Shown here one piece after another: positions 29,179 to 38,353 of a stretch of DNA of 58,460 nt. The DNA comes from Escherichia phage SHIN8: the sequence record PP627280.1; one strand, given 5' to 3'. The notes under the pieces were generated by a model. It was not told where the DNA came from. It worked only from the letters and a program-made list of their open reading frames with translations, and ran no database searches. The stretch's first letter is position 1, and the number at the start of each line of letters is the position of its first letter. The position numbers and the translations under genes are program-made.

Positions 29179-29753
29179 TTAATCACCTCTTTAGATTGTT
29201 CAATTTCTAACGCACGCTGTGCGGACGCAATAATGTCTTTCAAATCTTCTAACAGATTTTTATGACCGCGTTCGCCCGGCTGCAACGCTTTTTTGATTAA
29301 ATGCTGCAAAGCTGGGTTAGTTGTCTTCCAAGCTTCCAAGACATCATACACATCCACGATACACTTTACAACATTTCCGTTTTGATCTTTACCACGAATA
29401 ACTTTCTGATATTTATTCATGGGAATTTTAGATGGTTTGTATTTCGTAAAAACTGCACCATTAAATGTATTACTTATGCTTGTTTCAGAAGCTTGATGGT
29501 ACAATCCGGAGCGAGTGTTTTCGCTAGCTTGTTTGACGTAATCATCCGCAACAATATAACGCCAAGATATAACTGAATCCTTTTCTAACGGTATTACATT
29601 ATCGCAGGATTTTTTATACCAATCCCATCCTTGCTTATGGTTCTTCTTAATAGATCCATTAGCTAATTGAACTTCAAATTGCTCATTCTGAAGAAAAATA
29701 GGCATTCCTTTTCCATCATGTTTGTGCCAAATTTTATTCAAATTATCTTTCAT
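29175..29753 (-). CDS. hypothetical protein embedded in deazaguanine cluster
   Basis: track ORF trimmed to ATG 29753; Lys/Asn-rich, AT-rich. Confidence 0.4.
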   Translation of the reverse strand: MKDNLNKIWHKHDGKGMPIFLQNEQFEVQLANGSIKKNHKQGWDWYKKSCDNVIPLEKDSVISWRYIVADDYVKQASENTRSGLYHQASETSISNTFNGAVFTKYKPSKIPMNKYQKVIRGKDQNGNVVKCIVDVYDVLEAWKTTNPALQHLIKKALQPGERGHKNLLEDLKDIIASAQRALEIEQSKEVIK

Positions 29754-29755
29754 TT

Positions 29756-30235
29756 TTACGCTCTCGCTGTACGTGAATGAACTTCGTAAACAACCCAAAG
29801 AATAGCGGACGCTGTGAACTTACTTAAGCTCATTGCTACCATAGATCCCGGATTAACAATACCTATAATACTTAAGAACACAATGGAGTCAATCGGTACA
29901 GCTACCAAAGAGCTGATAAATACACGTTGATGAAAAGGCTTCTTGGTGACCGTGTATACCACATAATCAGCAAACTCACTAAGCGCAAAAGACGCAACGG
30001 ATGCAACTACAACCGCAGGATCTCCAAACACCCAGCTAAGGATGCAGCCAACGATCATTGCAGGGATAACACCTTTACCCGCGTTACGCTGTGCGTAATC
30101 ACGCAGGACAAAGATAATGCTTACAAAGAAAGCCATCATGGGGACTACGCCAAGTGGCGTATTAAGCATCGGAAGGTAGGAAAAGCCCAGGTTTACGAAT
30201 GTAATTGCAGCCAGATAAGCAACGATAAATTTCAT
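29756..30235 (-). CDS. polytopic membrane protein, possible 7-deazaguanine precursor transporter (YhhQ-like)
   Basis: 159 aa, 4-5 hydrophobic helices, located between queD and queC. Confidence 0.4.
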   Translation of the reverse strand: MKFIVAYLAAITFVNLGFSYLPMLNTPLGVVPMMAFFVSIIFVLRDYAQRNAGKGVIPAMIVGCILSWVFGDPAVVVASVASFALSEFADYVVYTVTKKPFHQRVFISSLVAVPIDSIVFLSIIGIVNPGSMVAMSLSKFTASAILWVVYEVHSRTARA

Positions 30236-30355
30236 ACTTTTGTTCTCCAGTTTTAACAGCGCTATTCGCTGGTTGTTGGGTTTAAAAGATTTAGTACTAT
30301 AGTTGGGTTACCGCACCCTAAACAATGCGCTAGCGGTGCGGTTTTCTCGGTAAGA

Positions 30356-31063
30356 TCAAGCTTTGCTAATAAATTCGCTGTACCCTTTAGCACGCAATTT
30401 GCACGCAGGGCATTCTCCGCAACCGTATCCCCAATCATGCAGAGTACGACGGACGCCGTTATAGCAAGTATGTGACCGCTCAATCACTGTGGTTAAGAAA
30501 CCAACCTTATCCGCCAGCTCAAACGTTTCTGCTTTATTTAAACGCATAAGCGGAGTAACAAAATGGATATCTGTTTCATATCCAACGTTTAACGTAGCTT
30601 CAAGCAGATCTACAAACTGCTGGCGGCAATCCGGATAACCGCTATAGTCCGTTTCACAAACGCCTGTAACCACATATCGAGCTCCAACCTTCTGCGCGTA
30701 GGCGTGCGCGGTAGTCAGGAAAAGAGCATTACGGTTTGGCACAAAGCTTGCCGGAAGGTTGTTGTGCTGTTCGTGATGTTCGTTAACATCACCTTCATTC
30801 CCGATTAAAGCACTATTGCCAATCTGTTTCAAAGCAGGTAATTCAAAGACAACAAACGGGACATTGTGCTCTTTACAAATTTGATTTGCACAAGCCAGCT
30901 CAATGTTATGACGTTGACCGTATGCAAAACCAATAGCATACACCTTATCATAGTTATTAAGGGCAAGACCCAAACAGGTGACGCTGTCCTGGCCGCCAGA
31001 CAGGACGACAACGGCGGAGTTATGATTTTTTACAGGGAATACCAGTTTATCTAATTTATTCAT
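30356..31063 (-). CDS. queC: 7-cyano-7-deazaguanine synthase
   Basis: 235 aa; PP-loop VVLSGGQDSVTC; C-terminal Cys cluster CYNG...CGECPAC. Confidence 0.85.
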   Translation of the reverse strand: MNKLDKLVFPVKNHNSAVVVLSGGQDSVTCLGLALNNYDKVYAIGFAYGQRHNIELACANQICKEHNVPFVVFELPALKQIGNSALIGNEGDVNEHHEQHNNLPASFVPNRNALFLTTAHAYAQKVGARYVVTGVCETDYSGYPDCRQQFVDLLEATLNVGYETDIHFVTPLMRLNKAETFELADKVGFLTTVIERSHTCYNGVRRTLHDWGYGCGECPACKLRAKGYSEFISKA

Positions 31064-31064
31064 T

Positions 31065-31253
31065 TTAGAAACCTTTAAGGTTAATATTAAGGTTAACGAC
31101 TACTTGTTCAACTACATCTTCAGAGGTTACCTGACGCTTGTGAATCTCAAGCTCCGAGTATATTTTCTTGGATGCAGCACGGCAAATAGCGTCATTTAAC
31201 TCGTCCTGTAAACGTTGAATCTTTTGCATAAGAATTACAGTCTCTTCATTCAT
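31065..31253 (-). CDS. hypothetical protein
   Basis: 62-aa ORF. Confidence 0.3.
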   Translation of the reverse strand: MNEETVILMQKIQRLQDELNDAICRAASKKIYSELEIHKRQVTSEDVVEQVVVNLNINLKGF

Positions 31254-31458
31254 CTACTTCACCTTTAATATCACAAGGGTTGATTGTTACGTTAGACATT
31301 ACAATTGGATGATTGCGCGCTCCAATTGTACTAACGTGATTAATATCTAATTCTACATGCACGCCCTGCATAGTAGCATGAGCAATTGAAGAATTAAGTT
31401 TTTCTACCAGCTCAGTGATCATTTCCTGATGCTGTTTCGCTTCTTCTAAAGTGATCAT
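31246..31458 (-). CDS. hypothetical protein
   Basis: 70-aa ORF. Confidence 0.3.
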   Translation of the reverse strand: MITLEEAKQHQEMITELVEKLNSSIAHATMQGVHVELDINHVSTIGARNHPIVMSNVTINPCDIKGEVDE

Positions 31459-32165
31459 TATTCCACCCCAATATATTTGTGAACCTGAAGCTGCAACGTG
31501 TAACCGTGTTTCATACAGCTTTGGACAACGGCTTGGATATTACTGTGGTTAAGGTCTTCATCCTGCTCGTCCATTGGCTGTAAATATATCTTACCCTTGA
31601 AACCCTTCGGAGGTCTAGCGATAAATGGCGTAGCTTGATGATCTAATGCCTGAAGCGGCAAACCATCTTCCACGTTTACACAGCACGCTTTAAGTACATA
31701 TTTAAATGCATTAGCGCGGCGCAGCACAGAAGGATGAATCTTTGAGGTCTTGGGACTACATACAATTACAGGTGACTGGGAAAAGTTCTTAGGTAAAGGC
31801 ATAGACCCATTAGTTTCAATTTGCACCAAATACCCGCGCGATAACAGTTGTTCAATAAACGGGTTAATTTGCTGACGGAACGGTTCACCCCCAGTGATAA
31901 CCACAAGTGAGGTGCTATTGCCGGATTCCAGCTTACGGCTTTCGATTAAACGCATAATATCGACAATGTGATAAAGACTACGACCAACAGTATAATCTGT
32001 ATCACAGCCAGGGCATTGCAGATTACACCCAGCAAGACGCACAAATACAGCAGGTTGGCCGCAGAATGGACCTTCACCCTGAATGGTAGAGAATACCGAA
32101 TGCACGTCTAAATACATATCGTTTTCTTTAGAACGGGACTCGGGAGCTTGTTGATTAATATTCAT
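31458..32165 (-). CDS. queE: 7-carboxy-7-deazaguanine synthase (radical SAM)
   Basis: 235 aa; CNLQCPGC (Cx3Cx2C) radical-SAM motif. Confidence 0.8.
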   Translation of the reverse strand: MNINQQAPESRSKENDMYLDVHSVFSTIQGEGPFCGQPAVFVRLAGCNLQCPGCDTDYTVGRSLYHIVDIMRLIESRKLESGNSTSLVVITGGEPFRQQINPFIEQLLSRGYLVQIETNGSMPLPKNFSQSPVIVCSPKTSKIHPSVLRRANAFKYVLKACCVNVEDGLPLQALDHQATPFIARPPKGFKGKIYLQPMDEQDEDLNHSNIQAVVQSCMKHGYTLQLQVHKYIGVE

Positions 32166-32180
32166 CTTAAATCCTCTAGT

Positions 32181-32209
32181 GAAAAAGAAAGCGCCTCATT
32201 GGGCGCTTT
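32181..32209 (-). terminator. putative intrinsic terminator
   Basis: AAAGCGCC/GGCGCTTT stem followed by CTTTTTC on minus strand. Confidence 0.45.
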
Positions 32210-32234
32210 CATTATAACGTGATATGTTTTGATA

Positions 32235-33047
32235 TTACAAGCCGTTCAGGGCTTCCGGTACTGGCATAGGCACACGGCCAGTTACACCATTAAACTTCTT
32301 CCAACGTGCATACTGAGTTTTAACGGTATCTTCGTTCAGACCGTGGCGACCAGCCAGATTCAGAACATAAGAGATCGGAGCAGGCTGACCCAGCGTAGCG
32401 CTAATCTGATCCATCAGAGCCCAGGCACGACCGCAGGAAGTCTCAGGTTGTGGACGACGAACACCATTCTGTTCAGGCATACGGTTCGCTTCTTTCGCTT
32501 TTTCACGTTCAGCTTTTTCGCGGGCTTTTTCAGCAGCCTTTTCAGCCTGTTTAGCAGCGCGGATCTTGTCTTTGAAGCCTTTGATAAACGAATCCAGTTC
32601 GTCAACCATGCTCTGAGCAGCACTTACTGCACCGGACAGATCTTCATCTTTGGATTTTTTAACAACTGCTTTCAGCTCTTTCAGTTTATTCTTAAAAAGC
32701 TTCAGCTGTTCAGAACCCTGAAATTCAGCTACCGTAATCTCTTCAATAGTGCCTTTATCGGCAACATCGGATAAAACAGACCTCACGGTTTCAACTCCGC
32801 GGGAAAGAGCGGTAAATTTATTTTCCGCTACAGCACGAATTTCAGCTTGTTTCTTTTCAGCGGCAGCTTTTTTCTCTGCTTCTTTTTTCTCTTTTGCTAC
32901 GCGTGCAGCTTCAGCAGCAGCGGCTTTTTTAGCCTCTGCGTCGTTAGCAGTAGCTTCTTTCTTTGCAGGCTTAGCAGATTTTGCAGCGGCAGCAGCGGCT
33001 GCGGCAGCAGCGGCTTTCTTATCTTCAATATTACTCATTTTCTTCAC
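32235..33047 (-). CDS. Ala/Lys-rich low-complexity protein, possible histone H1-like DNA-binding protein
   Basis: 270 aa; N-terminal AAAAAAAAAAKSAKPAKK and AKKA repeats; structured C-terminal domain. Confidence 0.4.
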   Translation of the reverse strand: MKKMSNIEDKKAAAAAAAAAAAKSAKPAKKEATANDAEAKKAAAAEAARVAKEKKEAEKKAAAEKKQAEIRAVAENKFTALSRGVETVRSVLSDVADKGTIEEITVAEFQGSEQLKLFKNKLKELKAVVKKSKDEDLSGAVSAAQSMVDELDSFIKGFKDKIRAAKQAEKAAEKAREKAEREKAKEANRMPEQNGVRRPQPETSCGRAWALMDQISATLGQPAPISYVLNLAGRHGLNEDTVKTQYARWKKFNGVTGRVPMPVPEALNGL

Positions 33048-33165
33048 TCCGAATTATTATGGGTTCGTTTGTTACCAACGGGGTTAAATGTACCAAAGGA
33101 TTTTGTGACACGCAACCCCTTACATAAACATTTTTAAAAATATTTTTGATCAGGGTTAGAACTTA

Positions 33166-33660
33166 TTAGCTCTTCGCACCTCTGCCCGGTGTCCATGCTG
33201 CTTGCAATGCGGGTTGCTCACAAATGACCCTGGCACCGGAAATAATACCACCCTCCCGTTCAGCATCGTATTTGACACGGGCAGGTTTCCAAAGTCCTTC
33301 ATCCATTGACGGTACGTATTGCCCAAGTTGAGGCGAGCAAAAGCCCTGGATATCATATTCCACACAGAATTCGGCTTGTGCGCTAATTTGGGCGTGATCC
33401 AGGATTGTTTCTGGAAGTTGCGTAAAGTAATCAGACAAAATGCGCTCAACGATTTCCCGTTCATATGGTGCAGCTCCTAAATTTTCTGTCAGGTTAATAT
33501 AAAGCATTTGAAGATCTACATCTTCAAGATCTTTTAAATCGTTTACTGGTGTTACCAGTGTTGACTCCGGACAACAGATAATTCCAAGTTGGTGTAGTGT
33601 CAACCAATTGGGATGTTTTGCCAAGAGTTCAAATTTATCTGTATCAATTAGGACGTACAT
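33166..33660 (-). CDS. hypothetical protein
   Basis: 164-aa acidic ORF; AGGGGA RBS. Confidence 0.4.
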   Translation of the reverse strand: MYVLIDTDKFELLAKHPNWLTLHQLGIICCPESTLVTPVNDLKDLEDVDLQMLYINLTENLGAAPYEREIVERILSDYFTQLPETILDHAQISAQAEFCVEYDIQGFCSPQLGQYVPSMDEGLWKPARVKYDAEREGGIISGARVICEQPALQAAWTPGRGAKS

Positions 33661-33681
33661 TGCAATCCCCTATAAATAAGT

Positions 33682-33704
33682 AATGCCCCAATAGTAGGGG
33701 CATT
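33682..33704 (-). terminator. weak putative terminator or RNA hairpin
   Basis: AATGCCCC-aatagta-GGGGCATT. Confidence 0.3.
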
Positions 33705-33719
33705 AGATGTTGAAGTCAA

Positions 33720-35702
33720 TTAGAACGGGACGTAATCCGGATCATCTACTTGTACAGGGTTAACCACATTGTTCACCGTTATGCCTTGCGTATTCTGCGA
33801 AACAATATCGTCCCAGCTTACATCATCGTTATAGCTCGGACCTTCTGTTGTTCCATCCTGCCCGTATACTTTAACCTGAATAGCTTCGTCGTCCTGTGGA
33901 GCTTCAAACTTACCGAAACAAGTACCATCATAATCATAGTTCAATATCTCAGGCCATTTCTTATTGGTATGAACTTTGATGTATTTTGGTGTTTTAAGCA
34001 TTGCAGCAACATCAAGAGCTTCTTCAATAGTTTGTGGTAAAGGTAAATGTGTCCTTTTCTTCCACCATGCAACAGCTTTACGACCTGCCCAGTCCCCATG
34101 AAGCAGAGCTACCCATTCACTGAATATTTTACTACCGCAATAATAAGTCACCTTCATTGTTGGAGGTTTAGAGCTGTCATTGCGTTTAGTATGCTTTGCA
34201 TAAGTAACATGCGTAACTTTGAAGTCTTCAACTACTGGAATATCCTGCTTGATCAGGGCTTCCGTACTTGCAGCTTTCTTGAGTTTGGTCTGGAACTTAA
34301 ACTCATGACCGCAAAAGCCTTCTTTAACGTAATCCGTCCCGCGTAGCCTAAATCCTTTCAGATATAATTGTTGAACTTGTTCCTGTGTGACGCTGTCCAT
34401 TGGGATTGGTGCGAAGCCACCGCAATAGCGAGCGGATGCATGATTATACGACCCACATACATCGCATTCTTTAACCGGAGCAGTACCAGCACCTTTTTCG
34501 CCAGGGCGCTTGGGTTTAACAGGGTCGTTAATAGGGCCCAAACGGCGCGTATTGCCGCTGAAATCCAGTACAAGGCAGTTCTGCTTGGGGCTTGCCGCAA
34601 TAGCTTGTAAGCGCCCCTCCTGCGTGGAAAGATCAAAGCCCTCCGCGTACACCGGACGCGTACCGCGACCCAGCATCTGGACCCATAGCACCGCCGACGC
34701 AGTTGGGCGGAGCATGATAATTAAGTCCAGCATTGGATGATCAAAACCTGTGGTTAAGACGTTATTGTTAGTTAATGCACGAAATTCACCGCGCTTGAAC
34801 TTTTCAATAATCTCGTCACGTTCTTTTGCATCAAGCTTAGAGTGAATACATCCACAGCTAATACCCATATCGTTCAGCATATCGCAGGCGTCTTTAGCGT
34901 GTTCAATACCAGAACAAAATATAAGCCAGCTTTGACGGTCTTCACCACATTCAATCGCTTCCTCAAGTGCGCGGAGTGTTGCGTCATCGCGGTTTACCGC
35001 ACTTTGCAGCTCACTCTGGATAAACTCACCGCCGCGTTTACCTACCCCGTTGATGTCCAGCTCCATCTTAGTACGCTTTGGCACAACCGGAAGAAGATAA
35101 CCTTGCTCCAGGAACCAGTTAAAGGCTTCCGGAGTAGTTGCATCGAACGTTACCTTATCAAATAACGCATCATCGTCTTCGTTTTCCTTGACAATTGAAC
35201 CATACCCCAGTCGATAAGGTGTAGCAGTAAGGCCGATGATTTTTAAGTAAGGGTTAACTTCACGCAACGCTGCAAAGAACTTCTTATACATTGTTGCATC
35301 ACGCGGACTAATAAGATGCGCTTCATCCACAAAAATAAGATCAACTTTGCCGAACTTTTTCGGATGCTTAGCAACGGACGCAATCCCTGCAAAGGTAATA
35401 AGATTGTAGACTTCTTTACGCTTCAAACCCGCGCTGTAAATACCTGCTGGCGCTTCGGGCCAGACTTTCATTAATTTATCATAGTTTTGTGCAATTAACT
35501 CTTTGACGTGAGTTAACATCATTACGCGCTGGTTTGGATACCATTTGTAAAGCAGATCGAGGAACCCCGCGATAACGAGCGATTTTCCTGTCCCTGTTGG
35601 TAACAGGATCAAAGGGTTCCCCGCGTTACCCTTTTCAGCATCAAAATAGCGGAATACGCTATAAACTGCTTCCTGTTGATAATCGCGGAGCCTCATAATC
35701 AA
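33720..35702 (-). CDS. DEAD/DEAH-box superfamily 2 helicase
   Basis: 660 aa; Walker A LPTGTGKS; FVDEAHLIS; zinc-ribbon CDVCGS...YCGG. Confidence 0.7.
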   Translation of the reverse strand: MIMRLRDYQQEAVYSVFRYFDAEKGNAGNPLILLPTGTGKSLVIAGFLDLLYKWYPNQRVMMLTHVKELIAQNYDKLMKVWPEAPAGIYSAGLKRKEVYNLITFAGIASVAKHPKKFGKVDLIFVDEAHLISPRDATMYKKFFAALREVNPYLKIIGLTATPYRLGYGSIVKENEDDDALFDKVTFDATTPEAFNWFLEQGYLLPVVPKRTKMELDINGVGKRGGEFIQSELQSAVNRDDATLRALEEAIECGEDRQSWLIFCSGIEHAKDACDMLNDMGISCGCIHSKLDAKERDEIIEKFKRGEFRALTNNNVLTTGFDHPMLDLIIMLRPTASAVLWVQMLGRGTRPVYAEGFDLSTQEGRLQAIAASPKQNCLVLDFSGNTRRLGPINDPVKPKRPGEKGAGTAPVKECDVCGSYNHASARYCGGFAPIPMDSVTQEQVQQLYLKGFRLRGTDYVKEGFCGHEFKFQTKLKKAASTEALIKQDIPVVEDFKVTHVTYAKHTKRNDSSKPPTMKVTYYCGSKIFSEWVALLHGDWAGRKAVAWWKKRTHLPLPQTIEEALDVAAMLKTPKYIKVHTNKKWPEILNYDYDGTCFGKFEAPQDDEAIQVKVYGQDGTTEGPSYNDDVSWDDIVSQNTQGITVNNVVNPVQVDDPDYVPF

Positions 35703-36607
35703 TCTTTCCCGTAATAATTAGCTACTTGATAGTTTTGACAACCAACTTTCTGTCCTTGCGTATCCACTGCGACGGAATGGAAATTGCAATACCATGTTCC
35801 ATCTTCTTTAGGTTCAAGGAATTGGCATGTGCGGCAGTTTACTTCCGGCATAGTTTTACGCCAGCATAGTGAGGAGTGATCGCACCATTTACATTCGAAG
35901 AAAGTGGAATCTTTAAATGCGCGGTCCGGAATATCTGTAGCAATAGCAATCTGCACACCACGATCAATATACATGTCCGCGGTAACAGGATCAAACGGAA
36001 TAATTTCTGCGTAAACTTCATCGTCATTCTTGTTTACAGCAAGATATAACGCTGCGCCAAGACCTAGTTTTCGCATGTACACGTTCATCTGTACATAGTG
36101 TTCAGGTTTAGCTTCTTTGACACCTTTAGCTTTCAGCTTTTTAAAAGACTTATCGTTATGTGTCTTCATTTCGGTGAGCACAGGCATCCCAGGCTGCACG
36201 TCCGGACAACCTATAACCACACCATCGCAGGAACCGCCAAAGTGTCCGCCAGCTTCGCTGATACGGAACTGGTGTCCGTTTTCGTCCTGCTGGTAGACCT
36301 GCATACCTGCCGCAAGCAGCATAGCAATGAAACGGGCTTCTTCCAGATGTCCGCGGTTAAACAGTCGAAGCTGGCGTCCGTCAAACTCTTTGCGTGTGGC
36401 CCAGCGATATCCATAGAAAAGCTTGCGTGCGCATTGCTGCCCAATAAGGGAAGCGCCTAAGTGACTGCGGTTACCGCTTTCAGGGCGATAAGCGTCTTCA
36501 ATTGTGGGAATGACTACGCCAAGATACTTACGGTAAGTCCCACCCTGATCTTTTTGCACACCGTCATTGATCGCTTGAAGTGTTTTTTCTGCAATATAAA
36601 TAGCCAT
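35699..36607 (-). CDS. PD-(D/E)XK nuclease, Cas4/RecB-like with C-terminal Cys cluster
   Basis: 302 aa; D...EMK and QMNVY motifs; CKWCDHSSLC...CRTC. Confidence 0.55.
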   Translation of the reverse strand: MAIYIAEKTLQAINDGVQKDQGGTYRKYLGVVIPTIEDAYRPESGNRSHLGASLIGQQCARKLFYGYRWATRKEFDGRQLRLFNRGHLEEARFIAMLLAAGMQVYQQDENGHQFRISEAGGHFGGSCDGVVIGCPDVQPGMPVLTEMKTHNDKSFKKLKAKGVKEAKPEHYVQMNVYMRKLGLGAALYLAVNKNDDEVYAEIIPFDPVTADMYIDRGVQIAIATDIPDRAFKDSTFFECKWCDHSSLCWRKTMPEVNCRTCQFLEPKEDGTWYCNFHSVAVDTQGQKVGCQNYQVANYYGKD

Positions 36608-36672
36608 TGGAATACCTTAGAAAAATAAGCCGTCTTTCGACGGCTTATGGACACTACAGAGGGAGGGTTATC

Positions 36673-37560
36673 TTACTGCTGCCACGGCGGGACTGCTGCT
36701 TGTGCCGGATGCGGTTCAGCTTGCTGCTGCGGCTGAGCTTGCTGCTGAGGTGCTGCTGCTTGGCCAGGCTGTGCTACCTGCTGCGCCCACGGCTGCTGAG
36801 CTGCTTCCGGTGCTACTGGCTGTTGTACCGGAGCTTGCTGCACTGGCTGCTGTGGTGCTGCGTTTTGAGCAGGATTATCCCACGGCTGCGGTGCGGCATT
36901 CTGCCACGGTTGTGCTGCTGCGCCCTGCTGTGGTGCTGGTTGCTGCTGCACAGGCTGCTGAACTGGCTGCTGTTGCTGCACCGGAGCTTGCTGCTGTACA
37001 GGCGCTTGCTGTTGCTGAGCAAACGGGTTAGCTGCTGGTTGCTGTGGTGCTGCGCCCGGGAAAGCTGGCTGCTGTGCTGGCGCACCTGCACCGAACGGGT
37101 TAGCTACTGCCGCTTGAGCACCCATTGCTGGAGCACCTGCTTCTTTTTCCGCATACTTAACCGGATCGTTAATGTTAGCATAACCGTTAGGCTCGTTGCT
37201 GTCTTCATAACCTTCCTGAGAACGAACTTTCAGACGCAGGTTCAGCGGAATGTTATGCAGTTGAGCAGGAGTATCCCAGCGAATTACGCCAACCGCATGG
37301 GAAAGCGCGCCCAGTTGTTCGTATGCGATACGCACAGTATCTTCGTTGTCGTTGATAACGTTGTAACGAGCAAAGATTTTACGACCTTTGGCAAAACCAT
37401 CAATGATGCTAAACGTTACCTGGATCGCCATACCGCCATTTTTGGTCGGTTTAAATTCAGATGCTTCAATTACTGCTTTATACCAACCTTTCGGCAATGC
37501 GCCGTAAGAAGGTGCTTGATAGCTGCTCGCGTCAAAGTGGAAATTAGTTGGCATAGTCAT
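36673..37560 (-). CDS. ssDNA-binding-like protein with Gln/Pro/Ala-rich C-terminal tail
   Basis: 295 aa; globular N-domain ~140 aa then low-complexity QQQAPVQQ repeats; next to Sak4-like ATPase. Confidence 0.4.
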   Translation of the reverse strand: MTMPTNFHFDASSYQAPSYGALPKGWYKAVIEASEFKPTKNGGMAIQVTFSIIDGFAKGRKIFARYNVINDNEDTVRIAYEQLGALSHAVGVIRWDTPAQLHNIPLNLRLKVRSQEGYEDSNEPNGYANINDPVKYAEKEAGAPAMGAQAAVANPFGAGAPAQQPAFPGAAPQQPAANPFAQQQQAPVQQQAPVQQQQPVQQPVQQQPAPQQGAAAQPWQNAAPQPWDNPAQNAAPQQPVQQAPVQQPVAPEAAQQPWAQQVAQPGQAAAPQQQAQPQQQAEPHPAQAAVPPWQQ

Positions 37561-38288
37561 TAGTTAATACCTTTCATTTTGTTGATAACAGAACCTAAGT
37601 GTGGGACTTCAACCGCATCTAAACGTCCCGAACGATCCTTAGCGATTGTATTAAAGTCCGGTTGAGTTTGCAAGTAACGATACGAGTTACCTTGCTGATC
37701 CTTATTTACATTCAGACGAAATACTTCGTCGAAGAAGTAAGGGAGCATTTGCCCCAATTTGGATCCAGGCATAGATGGAGCATACGCGGTAACACCGGAG
37801 ACTTCATCTTTGTCTTTGCCCATTTTAGCAGACATATAAACATGTTTGCCAGGAATATCGCGAAATTTACGGATCAGATCTTGCATCTTTTCAAGCAAAG
37901 TACCATAAGCTTGACGAGGATCTTTCGTTCCCTTTTTCGCGTTGTTTAAACATTGTTCAGCAATTTCGCTCAAGCTGTCAAGCGCAATAGAATCGAAATA
38001 CTGCTGGTTAGCTGGAGTTACGCACCACTGATAAGCCGCTTCAACGTCTTCCAGACATTTCACTTCAATTACCGGAATATCGTAAACGATGGGCAAACCC
38101 ATGTTACCATAAACACGGTTAAGGTTTTCCGCTGCAATAGACAACAGACCGGATTCTGCGCTGATTAAAATTGGTTTAGGTAGTGTGGCTACAAGGCTGG
38201 TTTTACCCATACCTGCTTCACCGTAAACCAGAATTTTAACACCTGTGTCCTGCACAACTTGTGAAGACATTTTAATTTCAATGGCCAT
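37560..38288 (-). CDS. RecA-like ATPase (Sak4-type recombination protein, putative)
   Basis: 242 aa; N-terminal Walker A GEAGMGKTS. Confidence 0.55.
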   Translation of the reverse strand: MAIEIKMSSQVVQDTGVKILVYGEAGMGKTSLVATLPKPILISAESGLLSIAAENLNRVYGNMGLPIVYDIPVIEVKCLEDVEAAYQWCVTPANQQYFDSIALDSLSEIAEQCLNNAKKGTKDPRQAYGTLLEKMQDLIRKFRDIPGKHVYMSAKMGKDKDEVSGVTAYAPSMPGSKLGQMLPYFFDEVFRLNVNKDQQGNSYRYLQTQPDFNTIAKDRSGRLDAVEVPHLGSVINKMKGIN

Positions 38289-38353
38289 TTAACGCCTCTC
38301 TTTTAAGTTCGCGCTCATTGTAACGTAATATACTTTGAACCCTCAATTACTTT

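Noticed and set aside
30356-31063. Looked for an amidotransferase-QueC fusion or a QueF homologue that would indicate a further-modified deazaguanine base
   Set aside because: QueC is a standard 235-aa protein and no nitrile reductase-like ORF was recognised; only unassigned ORFs remain as candidates
36607-37563. Plus-strand ORFs of 318 aa and 109 aa (36607-37563, 36702-37031) with Leu/Cys/Arg-rich or poly-Ala translations
   Set aside because: Antisense to the Gln/Pro/Ala-rich tail of the 36673-37560 gene; the open frames are a by-product of CTG/GCT repeat DNA
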